From the NCBI GenBank assembly GCA_963844515.1, contig CAWJOO010000012.1, positions 16,420 to 80,419 on the forward strand: 64,000 nt of DNA, read 5' to 3'. A program made the position numbers and the translations under genes. Below, piece by piece: positions 9,383-20,762 of this stretch (position 1 is its first letter; every line of letters begins with the position of its first letter). The notes below the pieces were generated by a model, which worked only from the letters and a program-made list of their open reading frames with translations, was not told the origin of the DNA and did no database searches. This DNA is from an uncultured Acidobacteriota bacterium. Its GTDB lineage: Bacteria > Acidobacteriota > Terriglobia > Terriglobales > Acidobacteriaceae.

Positions 9383-10053
9383 TACGCGGCCTCCGTCTGC
9401 GCTGCGTGATTGCGCTTTGAAACACTCTTCACGAGGGCCTCTGTAAGCTGCTCGATGGCCGCCTTGGAGAAGATGGCGCGCTCATAGCGGAGCAGATCGT
9501 ACGGATGCACTTCATTGTTGAGCACCAACTCCACGCCCTTGAGGTTGCGCGCACCGAGCACCAGCGATTGCGAAAGCGACTTGCCGTTTTCGACCACCAG
9601 CGCCGTGCGGGTGACGCCAAGCTTGTCGAGCGCGTTGCGGTAGAGCTTGGTCTTGGCTTCCTTGATCTCGAGCGAGTCGACCACGGTGAGTTTGCCGTCA
9701 GCGAGCTTCGAGGCCAGCGCCGAGCGCAGCGCGCCGAGCAGCTTCTTGCGGGGGAAAGCGTAATCGTAGCTGCGCGGTTGAGGTCCATGGACCGTGCCGC
9801 CGTGACGCCACAGTGGGGAACGCACCGAGCCCACGCGAGCGCGGCCCGTGCCCTTCTGCTTCCACAGCTTCTTGCCGGAACCGGCGACCAGCTTGCGGTT
9901 CTTGGTGGCGTGCGTGCCCTGCCGAAGCGAGGCGCGATAATGCTTGACCGCCTCCCACAGCAGCGCTTCGTTGATCTGTCCGAATACCGAATCGGCCAGA
10001 TCGAGCGAGCCCACCTTGTCGCCATTCAGATTGACTACATCCACTTTTGCCAT
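9382..10053 (-). CDS. rplD: 50S ribosomal protein L4
   Basis: RQGTHATK..KLWKQKGTGRARVGSVRSPLWRHGG; likely start MAKVDVV at 10053. Confidence 0.98.
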   Translation of the reverse strand: MAKVDVVNLNGDKVGSLDLADSVFGQINEALLWEAVKHYRASLRQGTHATKNRKLVAGSGKKLWKQKGTGRARVGSVRSPLWRHGGTVHGPQPRSYDYAFPRKKLLGALRSALASKLADGKLTVVDSLEIKEAKTKLYRNALDKLGVTRTALVVENGKSLSQSLVLGARNLKGVELVLNNEVHPYDLLRYERAIFSKAAIEQLTEALVKSVSKRNHAAQTEAA

Positions 10054-10133
10054 CGTCTTCTTCTTCCGCCGGCTCATTTTCCGGCTCTCAATTCTCGTGC
10101 GCCGCAAGGCGCTATTGGCCACACCGCGGGTGC

Positions 10134-10859
10134 TTACTTACGTTTCGCGGTTGCCTTCTTCGAAGCCTTCAACGGATCGACCGTGCCGGATCCAGCGAAA
10201 CCACGACGCTCACGCGGTGGCGCCTTGGCCTTGGAGATCATCACGTAACCATCGCGAGGTCCAGGAACCGCCCCTTCAACCATCAACAGATTCTCGTCCA
10301 GATCAATTCCGCGAATGCGCAGATTGCGAACAGTTACTTGATCGGTACCGAAGTGGCCTGGCATGCGCTGACCCGGAAACACGCGCGACGGGAAGCTCGA
10401 GGCGCCGATCGAACCCTGCACCTGGAACATGTGGCCGTGCGACTTGGGACCGCCGCCGAACTTATGCCGGCGCACAACGCCCGCGAAACCGCGGCCCTTG
10501 CTGGTGCCGATTACATCAACAAACTTGGCATCGGAAAAGATGTCGACCAGGACGCGATCACCGGCCTTGGTACCTTCCACGCCGTCGGCCGCAATCTCAA
10601 GGTTCACCTCGCGGATCTCCTTCACCGGAGGCGCTTCGGTCTTGGCCAGGTGGCCCGCCTGAGGCTTGGTGATCTTCGATGCCTTGACGAATTCAACAAG
10701 TCCAATCTGCGCGGCCTCGTATCCATCCTTCGCCATGGTCTTGAGCTGCGTGACCACGCAAGGGCCAGCCTGAAGCACCGTGATCGGATGCACATCGCCC
10801 TTCTCGTCGAAGACCTGCGTCATGCCGATCTTTTTTCCCAGAATTCCCGTGACTGCCAT
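10134..10859 (-). CDS. rplC: 50S ribosomal protein L3
   Basis: [13 protein letters not shown] and [13 protein letters not shown]. Confidence 0.99.
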   Translation of the reverse strand: MAVTGILGKKIGMTQVFDEKGDVHPITVLQAGPCVVTQLKTMAKDGYEAAQIGLVEFVKASKITKPQAGHLAKTEAPPVKEIREVNLEIAADGVEGTKAGDRVLVDIFSDAKFVDVIGTSKGRGFAGVVRRHKFGGGPKSHGHMFQVQGSIGASSFPSRVFPGQRMPGHFGTDQVTVRNLRIRGIDLDENLLMVEGAVPGPRDGYVMISKAKAPPRERRGFAGSGTVDPLKASKKATAKRK

Positions 10860-10991
10860 ATTTCCCTCACCTCATCATGCGATGTTGAATGCATCGCACT
10901 GCCGGGCCCTGCGCGGGCTGCGAACGTTCTTAAGTCTTCCACTACCGCTGGCCCTTGCGCTCGAAAAGCGCGCCAGCCGCACCGCAGGTGC

Positions 10992-11309
10992 CTACTTCTC
11001 GAATGCCTTGATTTCCACGTCAACGCCAGCGGGGAGGTCGAGCTTCATGAGCGCGTCCACCGTCTGCTGCGTCGGCTCGAGGATGTCGATCAGACGCTTG
11101 TGTGTGCGGATCTCGAATGCCTCGCGCGACTTCTTGTCCACGTGCGGCGAACGCAGCACGCAGTACTTGTTCTTGATGGTCGGCAAGGGAATCGGACCAG
11201 CTACCGTTGCTCCGGTGCGCTTGGCCGTGTCCACAATCTCGCCGGTCGAGGTGTCGAGCACACGATAGTCGTATGCCTTCAGCCGGATGCGAATTCTCTG
11301 TCCTACCAT
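10992..11309 (-). CDS. rpsJ: 30S ribosomal protein S10
   Basis: [14 protein letters not shown] (ATG 11309), GPIPLPT and [11 protein letters not shown]. Confidence 0.99.
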   Translation of the reverse strand: MVGQRIRIRLKAYDYRVLDTSTGEIVDTAKRTGATVAGPIPLPTIKNKYCVLRSPHVDKKSREAFEIRTHKRLIDILEPTQQTVDALMKLDLPAGVDVEIKAFEK

Positions 11310-11370
11310 GTGCTCTTCTTTCTTCTCAACAGGAAGCCAACATTGCTGCTGGCTCCCTGCCGTCAACTCG

Positions 11371-12557
<1,187 letters not shown>

Positions 12558-12674
12558 AAAAGTCCTGAATCCCTTTCGTAGCTCGTACTGCCCGGTTCAC
12601 TCCAGGGGCGCCGGCTTTCCGGCTCCAGCCCCAAAACTTTTCAACCCTCTTCGCGATCTTCTGCGAAGCCAGCC

Positions 12675-14757
12675 CTACTTGCCTTGCGCCCGGCCGATGA
12701 TTTCGTCGGCGATCATGCGCGGCGCCTCTTCGTAGCGCGCGAACTGCATCGAGTACGACGCGCGGCCCTGTGTGGACGAACGAATATCGTTCACGTAACC
12801 GAACATTTCCTTCAGCGGAACGATCGCCTTGATGATCTGCGATCCGCCGCATGCTCCATGCCTTCAATCCGTCCGCGGCGCGAATTGATGTCGCCGATGA
12901 TCGTCGCCCATGTGCTCTTCGGGGACGGTGACTTCAACAGCCATCACCGGCTCCAGCAGCACGGGGCTGGCCTTGCGAGCGGCTTCCTTGAACGCGATTG
13001 AGCCGGCAAACTTGAATGCCATTTCGTTCGAGTCCACGTCGTGATAGCTGCCGTCGAACAGGGTTACCTTGATGTCCACGAGCGGATAGCCAGCCAGGAT
13101 ACCCAGCTCAATCGCACCCTGAACACCCTGATCGATGGGCTTGATGTATTCCTTCGGAACCGCGCCGCCCTTGATTTCGTTGATGAACTCGTATCCCTTG
13201 CCCGGCTCGTTGGGCTCGATGCGCAGTTTGCAATGCCCGTAGTTACCCGAACCGCCGGTCTGGCGAATGTACTTGCCTTCCGCCTCGGCCTTCTTGCGAA
13301 TGGTTTCGCGGAACGCCACCTTGGGCTCGCCGACATTGGCCTCGACCTTGTGCTCGCGCTTCATGCGGTCGACAAGAATCTCAAGATGCAGTTCGCCCAT
13401 GCCGCTGATGATCGTCTGGCCCGAATCCTCGTCGGTCCGCACCTTGAAGGTGGGGTCTTCGTCCGCCAGCCGGGAGAGCGCGATGCCCATCTTCTCCTGG
13501 TCGGCCTTGGTCTTGGGCTCGATGGCCACCGAGATGACAGTCTCAGGGAAAGTGATCGCGCCCAGCGCGATCGGATGCTGCGGCGATGCAAAGCGTGTCG
13601 CCCGTCTTCAATTCCTTCAGCCCAACGCAGGCGCAGATGTCGCCTGCATAGATCTCGGTGATGTCTTCACGCTTGTTGGCGTGCATCTTCACCAGGCGGC
13701 CGACGCGGTCGGTCTTGCCGGTGCGCGGATTCAGAATCGTGTCGCCCGTCTTCAGCGAACCGGAATAGATCCGGATGAACAGAGCTTGCCGAACGGATCG
13801 TTGATGATCTTGAAGACCAGCGCCGAGAGAGGCTCGTGCATCGTCTGCCTTGCGCATCAGATCTGTTCGTGATGATGCGGGTCGATGCCTTCCACCGGAG
13901 GCTTGTCGAGCGGGCTCGGCAAGATAATCCACGACCGCGTCAAGCAGCGTCTGCACGCCTTTGTTCTTGAATGCGCTTCCGCAGATGACCGGGAAGACCT
14001 TCATGATCGATAGTCGCCTGGCGGATGCCGTCCTTGAGTTCTTCAATGGTCGGCGTCTCGCCTTCAAGAAACTTCTCGAGCAGCACATCGTCGGTCTCGG
14101 CGATGACTTCGATCAGTTGCAGGCGGAACGCTTCTGCCTTCTTCTGCAGTTCGTCCGGAATCTCTTCGACGTCATACTTGGCGCCCATGGTCTCGTCGTG
14201 CCACAGAATGGCCTTCATCTCGATGAGATCGACGACGCCCTTGAAATTCGCTTCCGCGCCAATCGGAATCTGCAGCGCAACGGGACGCGCGCCCAGCCGC
14301 TTGCGGATGGTGTCGAGCACGTGCTCGAAGTCCGCGCCGTTCTTGTCCATCTTGTTGACGAAGCAAATACGCGGAACCTTGTACTTGTCGCCCTGGCGCC
14401 ACACCGTCTCGGTCTGCGGCTGCACGCCGCTGACTGAGTCAAACAACGCCACCGCGCCGTCCAGCACTCGCAAGCGACGCTCCACCTCGGCGGTGAAGTC
14501 CACGTGGCCGGGCGTGTCGATGATGTTGATGCGAATGTTTTCCACATGCAGGTTGTCGCGGCCGACGTGATGGTGATGCCGCGCTCCTGCTCCTGCTCCA
14601 TGTAATCCATGGTCGCGGTGCCTTCATGCACTTCGCCGATGCGGTGCGTGATGCCCGTGTAGAACAGGATGCGCTCTGTCGCTGTCGTCTTGCCGGCGTC
14701 GATGTGCGCCATGATTCCGATATTCCGGCAACGATTCAGAGGTATGGTGCGAGCCAC
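12675..14757 (-). CDS. fusA: Elongation factor G (several apparent frameshifts)
   Basis: Fragments in different frames: [60 protein letters not shown]; ends [11 protein letters not shown]. Confidence 0.95.
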
Positions 14758-14881
14758 TTTGATTCATCCTTGCGGGCGTGCGAGCCCGCGGTTATCTTCA
14801 GTGACTTCATCGTTCAGGGATTCAGCGTCCGGACAATCTGCTTGCGATCCGGCCAGAAACTCTGCTGATCAACGCACGGGC

Positions 14882-15355
14882 CTACCAGCGGTAGTGAGCG
14901 AAGGCCTTGTTGGCCTCGGCCATGCGGTGGACGTCTTCCTTCTTCTTCATCGCCGCGCCACGGCCGTTGGCCGCGTCCAGCAGCTCATTGCTCAGCTTGT
15001 CGATCATGCCCTTTTCGCCACGGTTGCGCCCGTAGGTGATCAGCCAGCGGATCGCCAGCGAGGTGCGGCGGTCGGGATTGACTTCGATCGGCACCTGGTA
15101 GTTGGCGCCGCCCACACGGCGGGTCTTCACTTCGAGCAGCGGCTTGCAGTTCTCCACGGCCTTCTTGAACAGCTTGAGCGCGTCGTCGCCGCCGCCCTTC
15201 TCTTCAAGGTTCTTCATCGACTGGTAGAAGATGCCCTGCGCGGTCGACTTCTTGCCGCCCCACATCATGGAGTTCACAAACTTGGTGACCAGCGTGGATC
15301 CGTACACCGGATCCGGCGCTACTTCCCGCTTCGCAATGTGCCCTTTTCTCGGCAT
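14882..15355 (-). CDS. rpsG: 30S ribosomal protein S7
   Basis: [11 protein letters not shown] and [15 protein letters not shown]. Confidence 0.99.
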   Translation of the reverse strand: MPRKGHIAKREVAPDPVYGSTLVTKFVNSMMWGGKKSTAQGIFYQSMKNLEEKGGGDDALKLFKKAVENCKPLLEVKTRRVGGANYQVPIEVNPDRRTSLAIRWLITYGRNRGEKGMIDKLSNELLDAANGRGAAMKKKEDVHRMAEANKAFAHYRW

Positions 15356-15436
15356 TGTTCCTCAAACCTTCTCGCGCTCTTAGCGCCGCTTCTGCTGCCC
15401 TAGTCCCGGCCCAGTAATCCGTCCGGGAACCGAATC

Positions 15437-15512
15437 TCAGAGGTCAGGGGTCAGAGAGCAGGGGTCAGAATTGATGCCATTCTGATCCCTGATCCCTGAA
15501 TCCTGATCCCTA
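15437..15512. repeat. Tandem-heptamer inverted-repeat hairpin (rpsL-rpsG spacer), unit TCAGGGR
   Basis: Left arm TCAGAGG TCAGGGG TCAGAGA GCAGGGG TCAGAAT (15437-15471); right arm ATTCTGA TCCCTGA TCCCTGA ATCCTGA TCCCTA (15479-15512) includes the rpsL stop. Confidence 0.92.
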
Positions 15513-15911
15513 CTTCTTGCCCTTCGCCGGTGCCGCTCCGCCCTTGGCGCGCTTGGCGCCGTACTTCGAGCGGCTCTGCTTGCGGTTGGCCACGCCAACC
15601 GAATCAAGCGTGCCGCGCACCACGTGATAGCGAACACCCGGCAGATCCTTCACACGGCCGCCGCGGATGAGCACAATCGAGTGCTCCTGCAGGTTGTGGC
15701 CGATGCCGGGAATGTAGGTCGTGACCTCGATCCCGTTCGTCAGCCGCACGCGGGCTACCTTGCGCAGTGCCGAGTTCGGCTTCTTGGGCGTCTGGGTGTA
15801 CACGCGGGTGCAAACGCCGCGCCGCTGCGGCGAGGCCTGCAGTGCAGGTGACGCCGTCTTGTAGCGGGGGGCCGTGCGCCCCTTGCGAACCAATTGATTA
15901 AATGTCGGCAA
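15510..15911 (-). CDS. rpsL: 30S ribosomal protein S12
   Basis: TTG start at 15911 after AAGGAG gives (M)[11 protein letters not shown]; [11 protein letters not shown] and [10 protein letters not shown]. Confidence 0.99.
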   Translation of the reverse strand: MPTFNQLVRKGRTAPRYKTASPALQASPQRRGVCTRVYTQTPKKPNSALRKVARVRLTNGIEVTTYIPGIGHNLQEHSIVLIRGGRVKDLPGVRYHVVRGTLDSVGVANRKQSRSKYGAKRAKGGAAPAKGKK

Positions 15912-16400
15912 ACCGAAACTCCTTACCCAAAAACCTCTGCCATCGTTCAAACAGCCGCGCGCAGGCCCTTCGGGCTTCTTCTTTGCGCGGCGCAATTCAG
16001 CGCGTATACACGCACAGAAGCCCAGGTTCTGCTTCGCGTCTGCCTTCTTCCCATCTCAGACGAGAACCGCGACGGTGGCTGTTCGTTTCCCCTAAAAACG
16101 GGAAAGCCAACTCCGTTTCGCGGTTCCGGCTCGCATAGCCCTCCAAGGTGGAGAACGCGCGAGCGCCGTAGCGAATTTTCGCGATCTAAACGCTTCAGGG
16201 GATTAATGCCCGTTCAAAACCTGCGTAAGATCGACGTTGCCCCTGCCCTTCACAAGATGAGAGCGATTTCGGGGCCTGTCTGGCCGGCTCAAACTTGCCT
16301 GGCCTCAGGACCTGCCCGCGCCAAAATGCCAGCCCGGGCCTTCCTGTACATCCATCGCCGTCAGAACACACGGAAAGGGACGTTCTTGCGGAACCTTTTA

Positions 16401-16429
16401 ACAATAACAAGAAACCGATACATGGTCAA
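16401..16429 (-). promoter_or_regulatory. Putative sigma70 promoter of the str-S10-spc superoperon
   Basis: Minus strand TTGACC-17 nt-TATTGT with TGn extended -10. Confidence 0.65.
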
Positions 16430-16494
16430 CGAAGACGCACGCAGGCCTGTCAAATTTGGCAACAGCCTCATCCAGCAGGCCAATTGCAGTGCTA

Positions 16495-17076
16495 TCAGTT
16501 CACCGAATGCACCGTCCAGGCGCCATTCACAAGCGCAAAATCGGCTCGACGATGAGTGCTCAACCGGTTGATCGCGTTGTGAGAAATGGTCTGCACCGAA
16601 TCAGGAATACCGGTCCAGTCATATACTTCCGTAAATCCAGCACTCTTGGCCGTCTGCACGTTTGCCACAACGTCATCCTGCGGATCCGCTACATCCTTTG
16701 CTTTCAGGTGATTGGCGGTCGCCGTGGTGACAAAGAAGTGGAAGTCCTTGCTTCCCTCTTCGGGCCGCCACTGAATTACATCGGTGCCCCCGGCGAGTTT
16801 CAGAGCTTTCTTCCCATCGTCAGTCAGGACGTAATCGGCCCAGCGATTGTTGGGATAAACCTTGGTGAGTTTCCAAAGCTTGCTATTGATCCCCTGCTTC
16901 AGGCCCATATCGTCGACCGCGATGGTGGCCGGCTCGGCAGGCCGCTTGTCGTAATCGCCTTGAATCAGTGAAAGAGCCGCGGTTTTTGACAACTCCGGCG
17001 TGGAATTGCACCCGCTCAGCATCATTCCAACTCCAAGAACCGCCAAGACCCCGGCAGCGCAAATTGACTTCTTCAT
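16495..17076 (-). CDS. Hypothetical lipoprotein
   Basis: MKKSICAAGVLAVLGVGMMLSGC has a lipobox; GGAG RBS; clean ORF. Confidence 0.8.
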   Translation of the reverse strand: MKKSICAAGVLAVLGVGMMLSGCNSTPELSKTAALSLIQGDYDKRPAEPATIAVDDMGLKQGINSKLWKLTKVYPNNRWADYVLTDDGKKALKLAGGTDVIQWRPEEGSKDFHFFVTTATANHLKAKDVADPQDDVVANVQTAKSAGFTEVYDWTGIPDSVQTISHNAINRLSTHRRADFALVNGAWTVHSVN

Positions 17077-17359
17077 GTGTCCCTCCATTTCAGGCGTTCG
17101 CCCTCAGGCTCTTCATCGATCGCAATTCCAAGTGAGATTCCTCCAGACGCTGACAAGCCCGAAGGGCCGATCGGCGAAGGCACACTCACAGCCTTCTCAA
17201 AACTGGAGCGAAATCGACGCCGCCATTTTTGTCTCACTGTCTGCTTGTGTCAATGGAAATGAAAGTGATGGCGAACACAGGAGCCTGGTTTTCCACCATG
17301 AAAGCACCCCGAAGCTCAACCCGCCCCGCGTGCGGGGAGTTTCAGGGCGCGAGTTCCGC

Positions 17360-18364
17360 TCAGCGTTCGGGACTTGCAATTCGTTCCAGGAGGAACTCGA
17401 GAAAGCCCTCCTCGTTTGATTTGAGACAGGCATTGGCATTGGGGGGACCATCCACAAGACTGGTGAACCCCTTCGCGTCAACCTGGAACCGAAAGGGCTT
17501 CATGGGGCACAGTTCCGGCTTGATGGCGTACGCAGCTGCGACAGGATCAAACAGCGTCGGCGTGGGGGAGCGGTTATCCGCCCTGTCCATCCATTGGTGA
17601 TAAAGCAGGGTAAGCTGGTCGGTAAGCGGCGAACCGAGGCCGAAAATCTTCTCTCGCTGCGCTTCTTCGAGATGGATTTGAGTCGAGTCGAGCGGCATCA
17701 TGAAGACCGGAACACCGGATGCGAACAGCGCGGATGCACCTTCAGGATCCCTTGAGATGTTCCACTCGGCGTCTGGCGGACTGTCCGAGGAACCGGGGGT
17801 ATCGTATCCGCGATACACACTCCCTCCCATCATCACTACGCGCTTGAGTTTGCGAAAAGTAGCGGCATCGCGCGCGATGGCATCCTGCACGTTGACCAGC
17901 GGGCCAATGGCGATCAGCGTGATCTGACCCGGATGGGCCTTGATCTGATCCAGGAGGAATTTCACCGCCTCCGGATGGACGTGGTCTGGCGCCTGCCGCG
18001 CATAAGCGGCCTGGGACAGGACATTCGCCTGCGAGGTCTTTCGGCCAGCCGCGACGGGAATAGCCGACATATGCACCGCTGCAAGGTATCGATCCGTCAG
18101 GCGGGCGCGGAGCTCCGTGTCGCCGTAAGCCGTGGTAATGCCAAGCAGCTTGATCTCCGGGCTGCGCAGCAGAAGTGCCAAAGCATAGGCGTCGTCGATG
18201 TCATCCCCAATGTCCGTGTCAAGAATCGCCAGCTCAGGCCCAACCTTGGCAGGCGTGTGTGCAGCGGGCGCAGTGGGCTGGGCCTGGCTTGCCCCCTGCC
18301 CTGAAGCCGTCCCGACTGCGAGCGCAGCCAGCAATCCCACTACAACAATCCGCAAAATATTCAT
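17360..18364 (-). CDS. Nucleoside hydrolase (IU-NH family) with signal peptide
   Basis: LDTDIGDDIDD motif, AIGPLVN, AEWNI..DP and FDPVAAA; hydrophobic N-terminus. Confidence 0.9.
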   Translation of the reverse strand: MNILRIVVVGLLAALAVGTASGQGASQAQPTAPAAHTPAKVGPELAILDTDIGDDIDDAYALALLLRSPEIKLLGITTAYGDTELRARLTDRYLAAVHMSAIPVAAGRKTSQANVLSQAAYARQAPDHVHPEAVKFLLDQIKAHPGQITLIAIGPLVNVQDAIARDAATFRKLKRVVMMGGSVYRGYDTPGSSDSPPDAEWNISRDPEGASALFASGVPVFMMPLDSTQIHLEEAQREKIFGLGSPLTDQLTLLYHQWMDRADNRSPTPTLFDPVAAAYAIKPELCPMKPFRFQVDAKGFTSLVDGPPNANACLKSNEEGFLEFLLERIASPER

Positions 18365-18472
18365 CCTCAATAATCTAACCGCTACAGCCCGCGCTTAACG
18401 AGAAGAGATTCCCGCCGTGCGAAGCTCGACTGAGTTAGCATCGAATCAAGTTTTCGGTTCGGATACATAAAA

Positions 18473-20524
18473 ATGAAACTTCGTATGCGCGTTTGCTCCG
18501 CTCTTCGCTGCGTCATGGTGCTGTATGCGATCAGCTCTGTGTCAGCATGGGCGCAGTCATTCGATCTCGACCGGGGCCGCGAACAGACCATCTCGCTGGA
18601 TGGGAACTGGCGCTTTCATCCTGGCGACTCTCCATCATCCGGCAACACCTTTGCGTGGGCAGCACCGGCATTTGACGATTCGAGTTGGGCGCTGCTGCAA
18701 AGCGGAAAGCCATGGTCTGAGCAGGGCTATCCCAACATGGGAGGCTTCGGCTGGTACCGCTTCAACGTGCGAATTCCCGCGGGCAATAAGGCAACCGCAC
18801 TGCTTATCGCCCCAACCGTCAGCTCTTATCAAGTTTTTTCCGATGGAAAGCTGGTCGGAAGCCGCGGACCGTTCCCGCCGAACACCTTGCCATCGAGCGA
18901 ATTCAATTTTCATGTATTTCCGTTAACTGACGCCGGAAGCCAATCCGCACAGACCGTTGAAGTGGCGTTGCGCATGTGGCACGCGCCAATCTGGGCAAAT
19001 TACGTCGGAGGCGGCCCCATGCAAGCCGGCCACATGGCCGGTGATCCCACAATCCTGCAGGCGGAGCGGCAGCACCATCAACTCCAGCGCAACGTAATCT
19101 TCGTTGACGCCTACTCCTACAGCATCATCACGTGCCTGGTTGGGATTGTGATTCTTTGCCTCTTCCTGATGCGGCCGCGGGAACGCGAATACCTGTGGTT
19201 CGCTTGCCTGTTGCTGGCCCAGTCGGCCGACAATGTGCTCTGGATCGGACAGCAGCTTTTCGCCTGGTTCCCCGAGCCCATCTACGATCTGGCGGACGCG
19301 GCACTCGTTGCGATCATGATCTGCGCGTCACTCCGCTTCTTCTCGCGTGTCCTAGCCACACCCGCGGGCACGCTGGGCCGCATCGCTCTGGTGCTCGCCG
19401 TCATCAGTCCGCCAGCTTCCGTGCTCTATTGGCCGCGCCTGGCTTCGCCGGCGACCTCTGCGTCGATTCAGATCGCCTGTCTTCTTCCCGCGATGCTCTG
19501 GATCCTGTTCACCCTCGTGCGCGGCGCCGTCCGCGGCAATCTCGATGCCCGCCTTCTGCTGGTGCCCACCGTACTCGACCTCGGATTCTACTTCGCAGAC
19601 AATCTCGCCATCGTCATGGCACAGGCGGGATTGACCGACCTTCCCAGCATGCGCATCTTTGAAGTGCCCGTGCCGATTCCCCCCTTCAAGCTGCAAACCG
19701 GCACCGTGTTGCACTTGATTTTTCTTCTTGCCCTGCTGGTGTTCCTGATTCGTCGCTTCTCATTGGCACGACGACAGGAGGAGCGGATGGCCGGCGAGTT
19801 CGAAGCCGCTCGACAGGTGCAAAAAGTGCTGCTGCCCGATGAAAAAGACCAGTGCCCCGGCTTTCATGTCGAAAGCATCTATCATCCGGCAGATCAAGTG
19901 GGTGGCGACTTCTTCCAGCAGATTGCCGATGGCCGTGGCGGCATGCTGATTGTCGTGGGCGACGTAAGCGGCAAGGGTCTGCCTGCCGCCATGATCGTCT
20001 CCGTACTGGTGGGGGCAATCCGCGCAGAAGCGAGTCATGGCGTCGATCCAGCAGGCCTGCTGTCAGCTCTGAACGACCGCATGATGGGCCGAGCCCATGG
20101 AGGTTTCGTGACCTGCATGGCCGCGCACCTCGGTGCGGACGGGCTGCTCACTGTTTCCAATGCCGGGCATCTGCCGCCCTACTTGAATGGCGAAGAGATC
20201 GCCGCTCCCGGATCGCTTCCGCTGGGGCTGTTAAGCGGCGCACGCTACGACGTGTTCACGCGAAATCTGGCTCCAGGCGACCGCCTCACGTTCGTTTCCG
20301 ATGGAGTCGTTGAGGCACAGTCACGCACGGGTGAGTTGCTGGGCTTCGAACGAACTCGCGAACTCAGCAGCCATTCAGCGGAAGCCATAGCACACGCCGC
20401 GCAGGACTTCGGCCAGGAGGACGACATCACCGTCGTCACCGTCGAGTTCACCGGCGTTCCTTGCGGGGGGAATGGAGCCCTGGCAGACATTAAGTCACTT
20501 CGTCAAGGACCAGCGACTGCCTGA
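18473..20524 (+). CDS. Membrane sensor: sugar-binding-like periplasmic domain, multi-TM region, SpoIIE/PP2C phosphatase
   Basis: Signal peptide, SLDGNWRFHPGD..FDDSSW, several TM helices, VGGDFF, GDVSGKG, NAGHLPP, SDGVVEA, QEDDIT. Confidence 0.9.
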   Translation: MKLRMRVCSALRCVMVLYAISSVSAWAQSFDLDRGREQTISLDGNWRFHPGDSPSSGNTFAWAAPAFDDSSWALLQSGKPWSEQGYPNMGGFGWYRFNVRIPAGNKATALLIAPTVSSYQVFSDGKLVGSRGPFPPNTLPSSEFNFHVFPLTDAGSQSAQTVEVALRMWHAPIWANYVGGGPMQAGHMAGDPTILQAERQHHQLQRNVIFVDAYSYSIITCLVGIVILCLFLMRPREREYLWFACLLLAQSADNVLWIGQQLFAWFPEPIYDLADAALVAIMICASLRFFSRVLATPAGTLGRIALVLAVISPPASVLYWPRLASPATSASIQIACLLPAMLWILFTLVRGAVRGNLDARLLLVPTVLDLGFYFADNLAIVMAQAGLTDLPSMRIFEVPVPIPPFKLQTGTVLHLIFLLALLVFLIRRFSLARRQEERMAGEFEAARQVQKVLLPDEKDQCPGFHVESIYHPADQVGGDFFQQIADGRGGMLIVVGDVSGKGLPAAMIVSVLVGAIRAEASHGVDPAGLLSALNDRMMGRAHGGFVTCMAAHLGADGLLTVSNAGHLPPYLNGEEIAAPGSLPLGLLSGARYDVFTRNLAPGDRLTFVSDGVVEAQSRTGELLGFERTRELSSHSAEAIAHAAQDFGQEDDITVVTVEFTGVPCGGNGALADIKSLRQGPATA

Positions 20525-20560
20525 GTCAGTCGCGCCCAGGCAGGCTGTCATTCAGAATAT

Positions 20561-20753
20561 CTAAGGCGTCGATCCCGCGTCCGGAATAAGCACCGGAATC
20601 CCGTCCATGATGGGATACTTCCTGCCACATTGCGTGCAGGCAATCCGATCCGCTTCCATGCGAAGTTCGCCATAACAAACCGGGCACGCAAGCTGTGCGC
20701 TGAGACTGGCAAAAGCAGAGGTGAAGCCGGAAGGAGGAGACGGAGGCTGGCAT
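20561..20753 (-). CDS. Trm112-family (YcaR-like) zinc-ribbon protein; start uncertain
   Basis: LACPVCYGEL...IACTQCGRKYPIMDGIPVLI; ATG 20753 is out of frame, nearest in-frame ATG is 20797 inside plsX. Confidence 0.8.
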
Positions 20754-20762
20754 CGAGTGTGG

